From positions 819,801 through 883,800 of the forward strand of contig CP133316.1 in the NCBI GenBank assembly GCA_050920645.1: 64,000 bases of DNA, read 5' to 3'. The stretch is from Rickettsia endosymbiont of Argas persicus. GTDB lineage: Bacteria; Pseudomonadota; Alphaproteobacteria; Rickettsiales; Rickettsiaceae. The translations under genes were made by a program, and so were the position numbers. The notes beneath the pieces were generated by a model, which did not search any database, was not told the DNA's origin, and worked only from the letters and a program-made list of their open reading frames with translations. Numbering within the stretch: the stretch's first letter is position 1; each line of letters begins with the position of its first letter. Positions 14,195-26,181 of the stretch are shown here, in pieces.

Positions 14195-15412
14195 CTAGCG
14201 TGTTTTAAGCAAAACCAACACCGCTCCCGTTAATATCACAATCAAGCAAATGAAATAGCTTAAGGTTAGGGGTAGGGATTTGGAGTAGCGCCATAACAGC
14301 ATACTAAAGAAAGGTGTACTTGAGGATAAAATAATGCTCCCTAGAGAGTGAGAAAGGCTATAAAGTCGCATTTTAACCGATGTCTTAAATAATGATTGCA
14401 CAGTAAGTTGCAGCGGTACGGCATAAAATGCGGCAAGTCCTATTAGTAGAATAGGGCAAAGCAAATTAAATATCTGTTTGTATAATAAAATTTGCATAGC
14501 AAAAACAGTTAATAAACTAAGTAATAAAGCAAAAATAATCTGTTTTAACGGGTTTATTTTATCGGCAAGTAGCCCTGCAAAAACCACCGATACCCCATAG
14601 GTAATAATCAGGGCAACATTAATAAATTTAGCTTCGGGATGATTTATAAGAGCTATTTTTGTTAAAAAAACTCCAAAGAAAATCACTAAAAAATGATATA
14701 TACCGCCAATCGTACCGTTTATTAGCAATGCTAAAATAAAAGATTTTTTTGCATTCTGTAATATTTGCAGTATAGGAGTTTTATCTAACTGCTTACTTTT
14801 GTAATGTAAAAACTCGCTGCTTTCTTTAAAATAATCTCGCATTAGAATCGCAAATAAGCCGAATATAGCTCCGATTAGGAAGTTAAAACGCCACAAATAA
14901 GTGATAGCTGTGTTACTCGCATAGTAATAAGCAATTGCAGCGAGTAATGCTCCTATTTGAGTGCAGCTTGCAACTATGCCCATTCCCAAATTTTTTCGAT
15001 TGTTTTTTGTTTTTTCTGCTACATATATTTTTATTCCGTCAACTTCACCGGCAAGGCTTGCTAAAAAAATCATTCGGCAAAATGTAAGAATAATAGTAGC
15101 AAGAATACCAATTTTATCAAAGGAAGGGGTAATAGCAATTAAACCGGTAGAGATGCTGCTGATAAACATCGATATCTTGATAGATTTAGTGCGTCCATAT
15201 TTATCACCTATATAGCCGAAAATGATAGAACCTAAAGGACGGATTATAACCGAGGCACTAAGCAATGCAAAAAAGCCGAGTAGCTGTTTTTCATGTGTAC
15301 TACTCGGTAAAAAATTTTGTGCCAAAATATGAGCTGATAGACCAAATAATGCATAATCGTAATAACGAATTATAGACACGAAAAACGCAATAAATAAAGC
15401 TGAATTTGACAT
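14195..15412 (-). CDS. MFS transporter (ProP-like)
   Basis: YYDYALFG, RPLGSIIFGYIGDKYGR, WRFNF. Confidence 0.88.
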   Translation of the reverse strand: MSNSALFIAFFVSIIRYYDYALFGLSAHILAQNFLPSSTHEKQLLGFFALLSASVIIRPLGSIIFGYIGDKYGRTKSIKISMFISSISTGLIAITPSFDKIGILATIILTFCRMIFLASLAGEVDGIKIYVAEKTKNNRKNLGMGIVASCTQIGALLAAIAYYYASNTAITYLWRFNFLIGAIFGLFAILMRDYFKESSEFLHYKSKQLDKTPILQILQNAKKSFILALLINGTIGGIYHFLVIFFGVFLTKIALINHPEAKFINVALIITYGVSVVFAGLLADKINPLKQIIFALLLSLLTVFAMQILLYKQIFNLLCPILLIGLAAFYAVPLQLTVQSLFKTSVKMRLYSLSHSLGSIILSSSTPFFSMLLWRYSKSLPLTLSYFICLIVILTGAVLVLLKTR

Positions 15413-15449
15413 ATAATATTTTTTTATGGCTTTGTTTGTTGTAGTTTAT

Positions 15450-15568
15450 ATGTCATTCCCGCGGAAGCGGGAATCCAGCATAAAGCGAGATAAATTGAGC
15501 TTTTATCTTTAAAACCTCGTATATTTATACCTTTTAATTACTGGATTCCCGCTTTCGCGAGAATGACA
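15450..15568. repeat. Rickettsia palindromic element
   Basis: TGTCATTCCCGCGGAAGCGGGAATCCAG...CTGGATTCCCGCTTTCGCGAGAATGACA. Confidence 0.88.
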
Positions 15569-15624
15569 TTGTACACAACACCTTTTTTATAGACAGTGAT
15601 AGTATCATATGATACTATCATATA

Positions 15625-16647
15625 ATGAATAACAAACCGCCTTTTCAAATAACTAATAAAATCTTGAAATTATTACAAGATATTTCTTACGAGCTAGGTA
15701 TACTAGTCGGAAGTAAACTTTATTCTACACCTATAAAGCTAAGAAAAAATAATCAAATCAAAACACTCCAATCATCTTTAGCTATTGAAGGTAACACCCT
15801 AAGCATAGAACAAGTTACCGATATAATAAACGGTAAAAGAGTACTTGCACCTGAAAAAGATATTTTAGAAGTAAAAAATGCTATAGAATTATATGATAAT
15901 CTCGCAAAATTTAATCCTTTTGAAATTGAATCATTACTAAAGGCTCATAAAATACTAATGCAAGGGTTGATAATAGATAACGGAAATTGGCGTAAAGGTA
16001 ATGCCGGTATATTTAAAGGTATGGAAATAGTACATTTCGCACCGCCTCCTAGCCGTGTATCTATATTGATACAGAATCTATTTGAGTTTATAGAACAAGA
16101 TAGTAATATTTCCCTAATAATCAAAGCTTGTGTATTCCATTATGAATTTGAGTTTATACATCCTTTTTCTGACGGTAACGGGCGGATAGGTAGGTTATGG
16201 CAGCAGCTATTATTAATGCAAGCTAATAAAATTTTTGAGTATGTTTCGGTTGAAAGTTTAATTAGACATAATCAAAGTGAGTATTATCACATTTTAAGTA
16301 AATGTGATAAGCTTGGGGAGTCTACCTTATTTATTGAGTTTATGCTTGATCAAATACTTGCAGCATTAAAATTATATAGTAATAATATAGTATATGAAGC
16401 TAACTCACCACTATCACGAATTGAGTTCGCTAAAACCGCTTTAGCAGATAAATGGTTTACTAGAAAGGATTATATTACAGTGCATAAAAATATATCCACA
16501 GCCACAGCAAGTAGAGATTTGGCATATGGTTTAGATCAGGGAATTTTGATAAGTAAGGGGGAGAAAAATCAAATTTGTTATAAATTTCTTGTGTCATTCC
16601 TGCGAAAGCAGGAATCCAGCATAAAGCGAGATAACCTACGCTTTTAA
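15625..16647 (+). CDS. Fic-domain protein
   Basis: SSLAIEGN and canonical HPFSDGNGRIGR; C-terminus runs into an RPE (16592-16709). Confidence 0.92.
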   Translation: MNNKPPFQITNKILKLLQDISYELGILVGSKLYSTPIKLRKNNQIKTLQSSLAIEGNTLSIEQVTDIINGKRVLAPEKDILEVKNAIELYDNLAKFNPFEIESLLKAHKILMQGLIIDNGNWRKGNAGIFKGMEIVHFAPPPSRVSILIQNLFEFIEQDSNISLIIKACVFHYEFEFIHPFSDGNGRIGRLWQQLLLMQANKIFEYVSVESLIRHNQSEYYHILSKCDKLGESTLFIEFMLDQILAALKLYSNNIVYEANSPLSRIEFAKTALADKWFTRKDYITVHKNISTATASRDLAYGLDQGILISKGEKNQICYKFLVSFLRKQESSIKRDNLRF

Positions 16648-16740
16648 TTTTAAAAATTTGCTGTTTCTATATTTATTTTTTCTGGATTCCTGTTTTCGCA
16701 GGAATGACATATGGATACGGCATAACATATAGGAGTTAAT

Positions 16741-16968
16741 ATGAAAAAATTTATAAAATATCTATTTTTTGTTTTTCTATATATTGTAGTAACAATAATA
16801 ATTGCTTATATGATTCTAGCTCAGACGATTCCGGATGACGGGCAGTGTCATATGATGGATAGACCTCTTGTTATTCATTATATTTTAGCTGCAATTATTA
16901 CTGCTTTACCGACGCTAGTTTTAATATATAGTAGAAACAGGAAACAAAATAAGAATAAGAATAAATGA
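16741..16968 (+). CDS. Small two-TM membrane protein
   Basis: AGGAG RBS, two hydrophobic segments, stop overlaps ruvA start (ATGA). Confidence 0.6.
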   Translation: MKKFIKYLFFVFLYIVVTIIIAYMILAQTIPDDGQCHMMDRPLVIHYILAAIITALPTLVLIYSRNRKQNKNKNK

Positions 16969-17576
16969 TCAGTAAATTAAGCGGTAGGGTTGACTCTAAT
17001 TACGATGATTACGTTATAATAGATGTGAACGGGGTAGGGTATAGGGTTTTTGCATCGGCTAAAACTTTAAGCAAACTTGCTGAAGGGGAGTCTTATAAGC
17101 TATTTATTGAGACCCATGTTAGAGAGGACCATATTCACTTATACGGCTTTTTAAGCCTAGAAGAGAAAAACTTTTTTAACTTGCTGCAATCAGTTAATGG
17201 TATCGGTACAAGAATGGCTTTGTCTATTTTATCAGTTTTAACCCCTGCAGATATACAAATCGCTATAAATAATGAAGATAAGAATATTTTTAAAGCAATT
17301 TCCGGTGTAGGAGGCAAGTTAGCCGAGCGTATAGTGCGAGAGTTAAGCGATAAAGTAGCGAAAATATCGAGCGGCTCCGCCATTATTAAAGACGGCTTAA
17401 ATATTAAAGGCATTACACCGGTAGCTAGTAATGACGTAATAAAAGCTTTAACAAATATGGGTTTTTCAAGGTTCGAAGCCCAAAACGCCGTACAGGAAAT
17501 TATCGCCAAAAACCCTGAAATCTCTGTTGATGAATTAATCAGAACAGCTTTAAAAAATCGTAATAGTAATTTTTGA
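16965..17576 (+). CDS. ruvA: Holliday junction branch migration protein RuvA
   Basis: [31 protein letters not shown]. Confidence 0.97.
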   Translation: MISKLSGRVDSNYDDYVIIDVNGVGYRVFASAKTLSKLAEGESYKLFIETHVREDHIHLYGFLSLEEKNFFNLLQSVNGIGTRMALSILSVLTPADIQIAINNEDKNIFKAISGVGGKLAERIVRELSDKVAKISSGSAIIKDGLNIKGITPVASNDVIKALTNMGFSRFEAQNAVQEIIAKNPEISVDELIRTALKNRNSNF

Positions 17577-17660
17577 ATTAAGCTATAGAAAAAAACTATT
17601 TTTCCGCTATTATTAATCATAATATTTATAAATATTACATGACTCGGAAAATGTCTTAAT

Positions 17661-17787
17661 ATGTCATTCCCGCGAAGGCGGGAATCCAGAAAAACAACTT
17701 ATAACATAAGTTGTTTTAATTATTTACTGGATCCCGTGGACAAGCCACGGGATGACAATGGTAAGATCAATCAACGCAGGAATGACA
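17661..17787. repeat. Rickettsia palindromic element
   Basis: TGTCATTCCCGCGAAGGCGGGAATCCAG...GGATCCCGTGG.CAAGCCACGGGATGACA. Confidence 0.85.
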
Positions 17788-17810
17788 ATAAAACCGCCTA
17801 AATAAAGTTA

Positions 17811-18842
17811 ATGACTAATATATTATCTCCTGAAAAAAGTCAAAATGATCAAGAATTGCCATTAAGACCGTCATATTTGCAGGAATTTGTCGGGCAGCAG
17901 CAGATTAAAGAGAATTTATCCGTATTTATTAAAGCTGCAAAATCTCGCGGGGAGCATCTTGATCATACTCTATTTTACGGTCCGCCCGGGCTTGGGAAAA
18001 CCACGCTTGCTAAAATTATCTCCAATGAGATAGGCGGTAATTTTAAATCTACTTCCGGTCCTGCTATAATGAAAGCAGCAGACTTAGCCGCTATTCTTAC
18101 CAATCTTGAAAAAAATGATGTGTTATTTATCGATGAAATCCACCGTTTAAATACCTCGGTTGAAGAGGTTTTATATCCTGCTATGGAAGATTTTGAGCTT
18201 GATATAATAATAGGTGAGGGACCTGCTGCAAGATCGGTAAAAATAAACCTGCCACAATTTACTCTTATAGGTGCAACTACTCGGCTGGGGCTGCTTAGTA
18301 ACCCTTTGCGTGATAGGTTCGGCATTCCAATGCGGTTAAATTTTTATAATACTGAAGAGCTGCAAAAAGTTTTAAATAGGGCATGCAAACTGCTTGATAT
18401 CGATCTAACTGATACAGGCTCGGAAGAAATAGCAAAAAGAAGTAGAGGTACGCCGAGAATTGCTTTAAGGATGCTACGCCGTATTAGAGATTTTGCGGCA
18501 GTTGAGGGCAAACTTGCGATAGATAAGGAAATAGCTAATTTCGGCTTGAATCGTTTAGAGGTTGATATTATCGGGCTTGACAGTAATGATTATCGCTATC
18601 TAAAGTTTATAGCAGATAATTATAACGGCGGACCTGTCGGGATTGAGACCATAGCAGCCGCACTTTCCGAGCAGCGTGACGCACTCGAGGAAACCATAGA
18701 GCCGTATCTTATACAAATAGGCTTACTACAAAGAACACCGCGGGGGAGGGTAATAACGGCTGCTGCTTTTGAGCATTTAAAAATCCCGTTGCCGACTACC
18801 CCCGCTCACCAATTTAATATTTTTAACGACAATGAGCAATAA
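17811..18842 (+). CDS. ruvB: Holliday junction helicase RuvB
   Basis: [21 protein letters not shown]. Confidence 0.98.
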   Translation: MTNILSPEKSQNDQELPLRPSYLQEFVGQQQIKENLSVFIKAAKSRGEHLDHTLFYGPPGLGKTTLAKIISNEIGGNFKSTSGPAIMKAADLAAILTNLEKNDVLFIDEIHRLNTSVEEVLYPAMEDFELDIIIGEGPAARSVKINLPQFTLIGATTRLGLLSNPLRDRFGIPMRLNFYNTEELQKVLNRACKLLDIDLTDTGSEEIAKRSRGTPRIALRMLRRIRDFAAVEGKLAIDKEIANFGLNRLEVDIIGLDSNDYRYLKFIADNYNGGPVGIETIAAALSEQRDALEETIEPYLIQIGLLQRTPRGRVITAAAFEHLKIPLPTTPAHQFNIFNDNEQ

Positions 18843-20637
18843 TTTAGATAACGATTATCAAGCTGTTTATGTGATTAAAAGGCTGATAAAAAATCATGTT
18901 AAACCTTATGCAACTAAGATATATATATCAATATTTTGTATGGCTATAGCAGCGATTTGTACGGCTGTTATAGTGCATGCGGTTAAGCCTATCATCGATA
19001 AGATTTTTTTAACGCATGACCGAACCATGCTGATTATAATGCCTTTGATCCTGACGGCAACCTTTTTTGTAAAAGGGATTTCAGAATATTATCAGAATTA
19101 TCTAATAAAATTTGTCGGGCAAAGAGTATTAACCGATTTACAAATGAAAATGTATGAGCATTTGTTATTTGCCGATATTTCTTTCATTCAAAAAAAATCT
19201 TCAGGACGATTAATTTCTCGTTTTACTAACGATATTTCTCTAATGCGCGGTACTGTTTCTAACTTGCTTGTCGGCTGTGCTAAACATTTTTTGACTGTGG
19301 TATTTTTAATAGGGACAATGTTTAGTTTAGAGCCTATATTATCTTGCGTTGTTTTTTTTGTTTTTCCGCTTGCTGTTTATCCAGTGCAGAAAATGGGTAG
19401 AAAGATACGTAAAATATCCTCGCAGTCTCAAGAGGAGCTCGGGCATTATACTTCAAGGCTTGATGAGACCTTCCAATCGATTAAAATTATTAAATCTTTT
19501 GTCGGTGAAAAAATAGAAAGTAAAAGAGCATCAACTATTGTTAATAATATCCTAGAATTTTATAAGACAATCTCTAAGCTAGATGCGTTAGTCTCACCGA
19601 TTATGGAAAGTTTAAGCGGTCTTGCAGTCGGCGGGATGGTATGGTACGGGGGTAATTTAGTGCTTGAAGGGAAAACCACCCCAGGGGCGTTATTTGCTTT
19701 CCTAGCCGCTTTTGCTTCAGCTTATAGACCTTTTAAAAGTTTGGTATCGTTAAATATTAATCTGCAAGAAGGAATAGCTGCAGCTAAAAGAGTATTCGGT
19801 ATTTTAGATACTGAACCTTTGATTAAAGATCATGATGATTCTAAAGAAGTAGCTTTATCAAATCCGCAAATTACTTTTGAGAAATTAGTTTTAAGATTTG
19901 ACAGTAAAATAGCTATAAAGCATATAGATTTAAAGTTAGAACTTAATAAAATTATTGCCTTTGTCGGACGTTCCGGTAGCGGTAAAACTTCACTTAGTAA
20001 TTTACTAGTGCGTTTTTATGACCCAACTGAAGGAAAAATTTTAATTAACGGTTATAATATTAAAGATATTAAGCTTTATTCACTTCGCAAGCAAATTGCT
20101 TTAGTTACTCAAGATACACATTTATTTGATACGACGATTGCCGAAAATATAGCATACGGTTTATCCGATGCAACAAGAGAAGAAATAATCGAAGCAGCAA
20201 AATATGCCGATGCACATGAATTTATTATGCATTTGCCGGACGGTTACGACACAAAGATAGGGATGCAAGGCTTGACTCTTTCCGGCGGGCAGCGTCAACG
20301 TTTATCGATCGCAAGAGCCTTCTTAAAAGATGCACCTATCTTAATTTGGGATGAGGCAACAAGCAGCTTAGACCAATCTTCCGAGCAGAAAATTTTAACA
20401 TCGTTAAAAAAATTGCGTCAGGGCAAAACTACCTTGATAATTACGCACCGCTTAAGTAGTATTATTGATCTTGATAACATAGTTGTGATGAAAAACGGCG
20501 TAGTTTGTGAGCAAGGAAACCATAAGCAGCTGCTTAATAATAAAGGTGAGTATTATGCGTTGTATAATAAAGAGTTAAAGGAAAATGATAATTCTGTATA
20601 CTCAATGTCATTTTTAGCAACAGCGGGAATCCAGTAA
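18832..20637 (+). CDS. msbA: MsbA-like ABC exporter (fused permease/ATPase)
   Basis: TM domain, [24 protein letters not shown]. Confidence 0.85.
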   Translation: MSNNLDNDYQAVYVIKRLIKNHVKPYATKIYISIFCMAIAAICTAVIVHAVKPIIDKIFLTHDRTMLIIMPLILTATFFVKGISEYYQNYLIKFVGQRVLTDLQMKMYEHLLFADISFIQKKSSGRLISRFTNDISLMRGTVSNLLVGCAKHFLTVVFLIGTMFSLEPILSCVVFFVFPLAVYPVQKMGRKIRKISSQSQEELGHYTSRLDETFQSIKIIKSFVGEKIESKRASTIVNNILEFYKTISKLDALVSPIMESLSGLAVGGMVWYGGNLVLEGKTTPGALFAFLAAFASAYRPFKSLVSLNINLQEGIAAAKRVFGILDTEPLIKDHDDSKEVALSNPQITFEKLVLRFDSKIAIKHIDLKLELNKIIAFVGRSGSGKTSLSNLLVRFYDPTEGKILINGYNIKDIKLYSLRKQIALVTQDTHLFDTTIAENIAYGLSDATREEIIEAAKYADAHEFIMHLPDGYDTKIGMQGLTLSGGQRQRLSIARAFLKDAPILIWDEATSSLDQSSEQKILTSLKKLRQGKTTLIITHRLSSIIDLDNIVVMKNGVVCEQGNHKQLLNNKGEYYALYNKELKENDNSVYSMSFLATAGIQ

Positions 20638-20829
20638 TTAAAAAATATAAATTTGGTAAGTTTTTAAAATTAAAAGCTCGGTTCACCTTGCTTTATGCTG
20701 GATTCCCTCCGTTGCTGGGAATGACACCTAAGATATTTCCCGATTTTTTATAACAACGCCGGACAAGCCGCGGTATGACACTACAGTACTAACCATAGGT
20801 AAAAACAATTAACATGCTTATTACAAAAA

Positions 20830-21694
20830 GGCACCGTCAAGTTAAGTAAATTGGTTTCAAAAAGTACTATGTTTTTATATTTCAGGCAGCAAGAAGTCTT
20901 TGAGTAGCTTCGTCCCAAATAGATTTAGCGGATGCAAATGCAATTCTTTGCTCTGGTGCGGTTTTAGTATATCGTCCAACATTGTGACGGCAAATATATT
21001 TCTGACTTTGCCCATCAGTGATAATATACATTGTGCTGAATTAGGATGCTTAAATTTAATCAATATTTTTTCCTTTCGTCGAGTTGGCTGATGAGCATTT
21101 TCAACACAGTTATTTAGTCTCTTACTAGTACGATGTTCAGTGTTAGGACACATAAGCTTAATCGGTTTAATGTAACTCCTGAGCTTATCAGTAACAATTA
21201 CTCTTGGAGTTGGATAATTACCCAATAATCTTGATAAAAAGCGAATAGCTGATTTCTTGTTACGACGCTTCTGCAATAATATTTCTAATTCATGCTCCTT
21301 GGAGTCAACAGCTCTCCATAATATGAATACTTCGCCTTTGATCTTGATGTTCATCTCATCTAAATGCTATTTGTCAGTTGCTTTCCTCTCTCTCTTTCTG
21401 ATGACAGCTTGAAAATAAATCACAAATTTATTGCACCAAAATCTTACAGTCTCATGACTTAAAATAATACCTCGATACGCCATCTGTTCTTGAACATCTC
21501 GGTAACTATTATTAAAGCGATGATATAACCATACTGTATGGCTAATGATGCTTGCTGGAAAACGATGTCTCTTCGGGGTTTGAGTAATATGCATAGCATT
21601 AAGATTTATTGATAAATGGTTACTGCTATTCTATAAATCATTCCTTTCAATCGCTCAATACTTAAATTTACATCTCTCTTAACTTGACGATGCC
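20830..21694 (-). mobile_element. IS6-family element, transposase inactivated (TGG->TAG plus 2-bp insertion)
   Basis: TIRs GGCA(C/T)CGTCAAGTTAAG; ORFs 21367-21594 and 20875-21354 match intact copies. Confidence 0.95.
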
Positions 21695-21951
21695 TTTAAT
21701 TCTAATGCTTTATTATATAATTCAATCGCAGTTTCATACTCACCTAAATCTTCTAATAATACTCCTTTATTATAATATACTTTATAATCATTCGGATTTT
21801 TCTTTATTGCTTCTTCACATTCTACTAGTTCCTTTTCAAGATCGTTTACAGCCGGCTCAGGTTTCTTACGGGACAAGAACATATAACCGCAAAAACCTAA
21901 AGCTATTACTACAATAATCAAAACACCGATGATTAAATATTTATATTGCAT
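21679..21951 (-). pseudogene. Membrane-anchored TPR protein, 3'-truncated by IS6
   Basis: N-terminal TM, YYNKG..L..LGEYETAIELYNKALEL TPR; last codons ASSS* come from the IS end. Confidence 0.75.
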
Positions 21952-22097
21952 ATATGTTAATGATTTAATTTGTACTTAAATAATATATAAAAAATTTAGA
22001 TATTATAAAGGATAAATTATAATATTATAAATTACACTTTATAAATGATGCAACTTGTCTATAATAACTAATTAGTAATTAAGTTATTTAAAGCTCG

Positions 22098-23369
22098 ATG
22101 AATAAATCTAAGTTCATTTTTTTATCTGCTATTTCAGGTAATATACTCGAATATTATGATTTTACGGTATATTCAGTTTTCTCGCCAATTATAGGGCGAG
22201 TTTTCTTTCCTGGAGAGTCAGAATTTATACAAATTATTTTAAGTTTAGCTGTATTTGCCGTTGGGTTTCTAACTAGACCTATTGGCGGAATATTATTTGG
22301 TTATATCGGTGATAGATACGGCAGACGTATTGCCTTGATAATATCTATGCTCGGTATGACTATCCCGACCTTTATCATGGGGTTAATTCCTTCATATGCA
22401 AGTATTGGGGTTTATGCCCCCACAACGCTTGTTATAATGAGGCTTATTCAAGGATTATGTATTAGCGGTGAAGGGACGGGTGCTGCTATCTTCATTTTAG
22501 AACATCGTCAAAATCTAAGACCGGGCTTTACTGCCGGGTTAGTTCACGGCTCAAATATCGTAGGTACTTTAATAGCAATTTTTATAGGTATTATAATCGA
22601 GCGTCATTTTTCCCATATTGATTTTGCATGGCGGTTTGCTTTTCTTCTCGGCGGATTTATAGGACTTGCCGGATTTTATTTACGACTGCGTGTTTCGGAA
22701 ACGCCAATTTTCAAAATGCTTGAAAAAAAGAAAAAGGTTTTAAAAGCTCCTTTTTCTAACGTAATAAAAACTGCTTGGAAATCTATGTTTTTGACTATGT
22801 GTATAGGTGCTATAGCAAGCAGTATTATGTATTTAGTAAAAACATATATAAACGTATTTTATCATAATGTTATGCATTTTGATAATAGTATTGCTTTATC
22901 CTATTCAGCCTATAGTTTATTTATTGCGATGATTGCGATGCCTCTTGCCGGCGGTACTGCCGATATCATCGGAAAATTTAAGATGAGTATGTTAGTTAGT
23001 ACTGCAATTTTGCTATTGATTTTACCGACTATGCTACTTATGTCGTCAGAACAAATGTGGCAGCAAATTATAGCCCTTACAATCCTTGGTGCACTTGCAG
23101 GTAGTATAGCAGGCACGGCTTATATATTCGTTATTTCTTTATTTTCGGCAGAACAGAGATTTACCGGAGTTGCTTTCAGCTATAATTTTGCGATTGCTAT
23201 ATTTGGCGGTACTTCACCGATTATTTCACGTTGGCTTGTAGAGTATACTAGATTATTTTATGCTCCAGCTTTCTATATTATGATCATTGCTGCTGCATTT
23301 TTGGCGATTATGTATATGATGAGAAAAGTAATAAAACAGTTATTGGACAATTATGAACATAAAAAATAG
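22098..23369 (+). CDS. proP: Proline/betaine MFS transporter (ProP family)
   Basis: GNILEYYDF, RPIGGILFGYIGDRYGRR, WRFAF, SETP. Confidence 0.85.
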   Translation: MNKSKFIFLSAISGNILEYYDFTVYSVFSPIIGRVFFPGESEFIQIILSLAVFAVGFLTRPIGGILFGYIGDRYGRRIALIISMLGMTIPTFIMGLIPSYASIGVYAPTTLVIMRLIQGLCISGEGTGAAIFILEHRQNLRPGFTAGLVHGSNIVGTLIAIFIGIIIERHFSHIDFAWRFAFLLGGFIGLAGFYLRLRVSETPIFKMLEKKKKVLKAPFSNVIKTAWKSMFLTMCIGAIASSIMYLVKTYINVFYHNVMHFDNSIALSYSAYSLFIAMIAMPLAGGTADIIGKFKMSMLVSTAILLLILPTMLLMSSEQMWQQIIALTILGALAGSIAGTAYIFVISLFSAEQRFTGVAFSYNFAIAIFGGTSPIISRWLVEYTRLFYAPAFYIMIIAAAFLAIMYMMRKVIKQLLDNYEHKK

Positions 23370-24189
23370 AGAAATAACTAGTAACTGGTTTACCGATTTA
23401 CGTGATTTATTATGCACCGAATTTGAAAAGATTGAAGAAGAATACGCACAAGTGAAAGGTTTAAAACCGGCTAAATTTGTACGCTCAAGCTGGGAACGTA
23501 GCGGCGGCGGCGGTGTTATATCGCTGATGAAAGGGGAAGTATTTGAAAAAGTCGGAGTTAATATCTCAACCGTATTCGGTGAATTCTCTAAAGAATTTCG
23601 TAGCGAAATCCCGGGAGCAGAGCTAGACGGCAAGTTTTTTGCTACAGGCATTTCGCTAGTCGCCCATCTTAAATCGCCGTTAACTCCTGCAACACATTTT
23701 AATACCCGTTATATAGAAACTTCAAAAAATTGGTTTGGCGGCGGCGGGGATTTAACACCTTTTTATCCGGAAGAAGGCGAGACTAGTAAGTTTCATGGAG
23801 CTTTTAAAGATGCATGTGATAAATATGATTCTAGTTATTACCCTAAATTTAAAAAGCAATGTGACGAGTATTTTTATCTAAAGCATCGAAAAGAACCAAG
23901 AGGAGTAGGCGGCATATTTTACGATTATTTAAATAGCGGTAATTTTGAGCAAGATTTTGCTTTTACGCAGGATGTAGGTAAGGCTTTGCTCTCGGTATAT
24001 CCTGAAATCGTTAGGAATAAGCTGTTTTTACCTTGGACGGATGAGCAGAAAGAATATCAGCTTATAAGACGCGGCAGATACGTAGAATTTAATTTATTGT
24101 ATGACCGCGGTACTAAATTCGGCTTAATGACTGACGGCAATGTGGAGGCTATATTGATGTCACTTCCACCAAATGTAAAGTGGATATAA
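23353..24189 (+). CDS. hemF: Oxygen-dependent coproporphyrinogen III oxidase
   Basis: FEKVGVN, WFGGGGDLTP, RGVGGIFYD, RRGRYVEFNLLYDRGT. Confidence 0.97.
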   Translation: MNIKNREITSNWFTDLRDLLCTEFEKIEEEYAQVKGLKPAKFVRSSWERSGGGGVISLMKGEVFEKVGVNISTVFGEFSKEFRSEIPGAELDGKFFATGISLVAHLKSPLTPATHFNTRYIETSKNWFGGGGDLTPFYPEEGETSKFHGAFKDACDKYDSSYYPKFKKQCDEYFYLKHRKEPRGVGGIFYDYLNSGNFEQDFAFTQDVGKALLSVYPEIVRNKLFLPWTDEQKEYQLIRRGRYVEFNLLYDRGTKFGLMTDGNVEAILMSLPPNVKWI

Positions 24190-24217
24190 TGAAAGTTCGT
24201 ATAATACAGAATTTTCC

Positions 24218-24246
24218 TTGACTATTTTTTGATTTCGTTTTATTCT
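24218..24246 (+). promoter_or_regulatory. Sigma70-type promoter for rpmG-rpsP
   Basis: TTGACT-17 nt-TATTCT. Confidence 0.6.
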
Positions 24247-24293
24247 GCTTTTCTTAGAATATTAAAATAATATCTTGATTAGGCGATAAGCTA

Positions 24294-24464
24294 ATGGCAA
24301 AGAAAAATAAAAACATTTTAGTAAGATTGGTAAGTACCGCAGGTACAGGCTTTTTTTTAGTAAAAAAGCGTAACCCTAAAACACAAACCGAGAAGCTTTC
24401 TTTTCGTAAATATGATCCAAAAGTAAGAAAACATGTTCTTTTTAAAGAAGAAAAAATAAAATAA
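24294..24464 (+). CDS. rpmG: 50S ribosomal protein L33
   Basis: Not in ORF track; [21 protein letters not shown]...[18 protein letters not shown]. Confidence 0.96.
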   Translation: MAKKNKNILVRLVSTAGTGFFLVKKRNPKTQTEKLSFRKYDPKVRKHVLFKEEKIK

Positions 24465-24476
24465 TCGAAGTAATAT

Positions 24477-24812
24477 ATGGCAGTAAAAATTCGTTTAGCT
24501 AGAGGCGGTGCGAAAAAGCGTCCTTTTTACCGTATAGTAGTAGCTAACGCAACCGCACCTCGTGATGGTGATTTTCTAGAAAAAGTCGGGACTTATAACC
24601 CAATGCTTGCAAAAGACAGTAATGAGCGTGTGGTTTTAAAAAACGATCGTATAGAATACTGGTTAAGCACCGGTGCTAAACCAACCGAGAGAGTCGCTAA
24701 GTTTATTGAACAAGCGGGTGTAGCTCTTCCTGAAAAAGTAAAAAAAGAAATGGAAGTTAAGCTAAAAAACCGTAAAGCTAAACCAAATAAAAAAGAAGCT
24801 AAAGAAGCTTAA
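24477..24812 (+). CDS. rpsP: 30S ribosomal protein S16
   Basis: [23 protein letters not shown]. Confidence 0.98.
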   Translation: MAVKIRLARGGAKKRPFYRIVVANATAPRDGDFLEKVGTYNPMLAKDSNERVVLKNDRIEYWLSTGAKPTERVAKFIEQAGVALPEKVKKEMEVKLKNRKAKPNKKEAKEA

Positions 24813-24813
24813 T

Positions 24814-25182
24814 CGTTATTGCGAGCGACTGCAAGCTTTGTTACAGAGATCATTTATGTCATTCCCGCGAAAGCGGGAATCCAGGTTTTTAACTGTCATC
24901 CCGTGGCGGCATTGTTGCGTAGATCGAAAAACGTGTTCGGTGCCATACCGTGGTTTGATCACGGGATCCAGAAAAATAACTAAAAATGTCAATAATATTG
25001 ATATTTTTAACTGGAACCCCGCCTATAGCGGGGGTGACATTATGTATGTTTTTCGATCTATGCAACAACGCCGCGACTAGAAGAAGCATGGCAATCCAGA
25101 AAAATAATAAAAAATGCTAATTTACAGTATTTTTTAACTAGATTGCTTCATCAAAACTTACAGTTTTTCCTCACAATGACGT
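24814..25182. repeat. Multiply nested Rickettsia palindromic elements
   Basis: CGTTATTGCGAG outer arm / CTCACAATGACG; inner TGTCATTCCCGCG and TGTCATCCCGTGG arms. Confidence 0.8.
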
Positions 25183-25213
25183 TGACAGCTTTAATAAATA
25201 TCTAAAAAAATAA

Positions 25214-25288
25214 GCCGGATTAGCTCAGTGGTAGAGCAACCGTCTTGTAAGCGGTAGGTCATCAGTTCAAATCCGATATCCGGCACCA
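25214..25288 (+). tRNA. tRNA-Thr(TGT)
   Basis: Cloverleaf, anticodon loop CTTGTAA, 3' CCA. Confidence 0.95.
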
Positions 25289-25349
25289 CCTTATTTTAAG
25301 GTTTGAAAAAGAAATTATACCGTGATTAAATCCGGTAAGTATTGTAAAA

Positions 25350-25562
25350 TGTCATTGTAAGGGCATTGTTGTGTGGTTCAGTTATGTCATTCCCGCGAAG
25401 GCGTTGTTGCATGGATCGGGATTGGTTCTACTCCTGTCATCTAGTTGCTTGACCACGGGATAACAGGAGGAAAACTGATCCACGCAACAATGCCTCGTAG
25501 GGATGACATTGTATATGTTTTTCGATCCATGCAATAATGCCCCGCCTTTAGCTAGGAATGCA
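25350..25562. repeat. Rickettsia palindromic element cluster
   Basis: TGTCATTCCCGCGAAGGCG, GTTGCATGGATCG/CGATCCATGCAA arms. Confidence 0.75.
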
Positions 25563-25642
25563 TCGAAGGCGACTTTAGAGTTACTAAACAATACTAAATC
25601 TCTTGCATATCGCTATAGTTAGACTAAAATTATCCCATTTTA

Positions 25643-25719
25643 GCGCCCTTAGCTCAGCTGGATAGAGCAACGGATTTCTAATCCGTAGGTCAGAGGTTCG
25701 AATCCTTTAGGGCGCGCCA
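25643..25719 (+). tRNA. tRNA-Arg(TCT)
   Basis: Cloverleaf, anticodon loop TTTCTAA, 3' CCA. Confidence 0.96.
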
Positions 25720-26181
25720 CTCTTCATTTTTCGGTATTTAGACAATTTTATTATAAATAAGGTATAATGTTTTTTGCTAATAATGGGCTAATTATGCAAA
25801 AGGTAGTATATTAAAAGAGTGTGCTATAAAAATCAACATTATGGAAAATTAAACAGGATTAAATAAATTTTTTACTATATGGATTTGCATTAATAGTGTT
25901 TACTATATTCTAAAAATATTTTAAAGTAAGTGTTAATAGTTTTGAATATATTAAAAATATAAAAATTCAAAATAAAACTTAAAGGACCAAAGTACTTTTT
26001 TAATTTATGTAATTTAACGTTTCCAATCTTTAAAATTGTTTTGTATGCAATATGCCATTTTATATGTAATGGATCCTTCTTTAATCGGTAGCAAAGTTTT
26101 GGATACTTTTCCGCAAATATTATCATATACTTCTAAAAGCGAAGGTAAAGACGCAGCTGGTATGATAATAAAGCTAGATAA

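Noticed and set aside
24814-25591. Short ORFs 24838-25080, 24889-25089, 25382-25591 (and 4444-4686)
   Set aside because: They are translations of palindromic repeats
25890-26181. 78-aa ORF beside tRNA-Arg as an island gene
   Set aside because: No recognisable motif; probably a remnant cut by IS6
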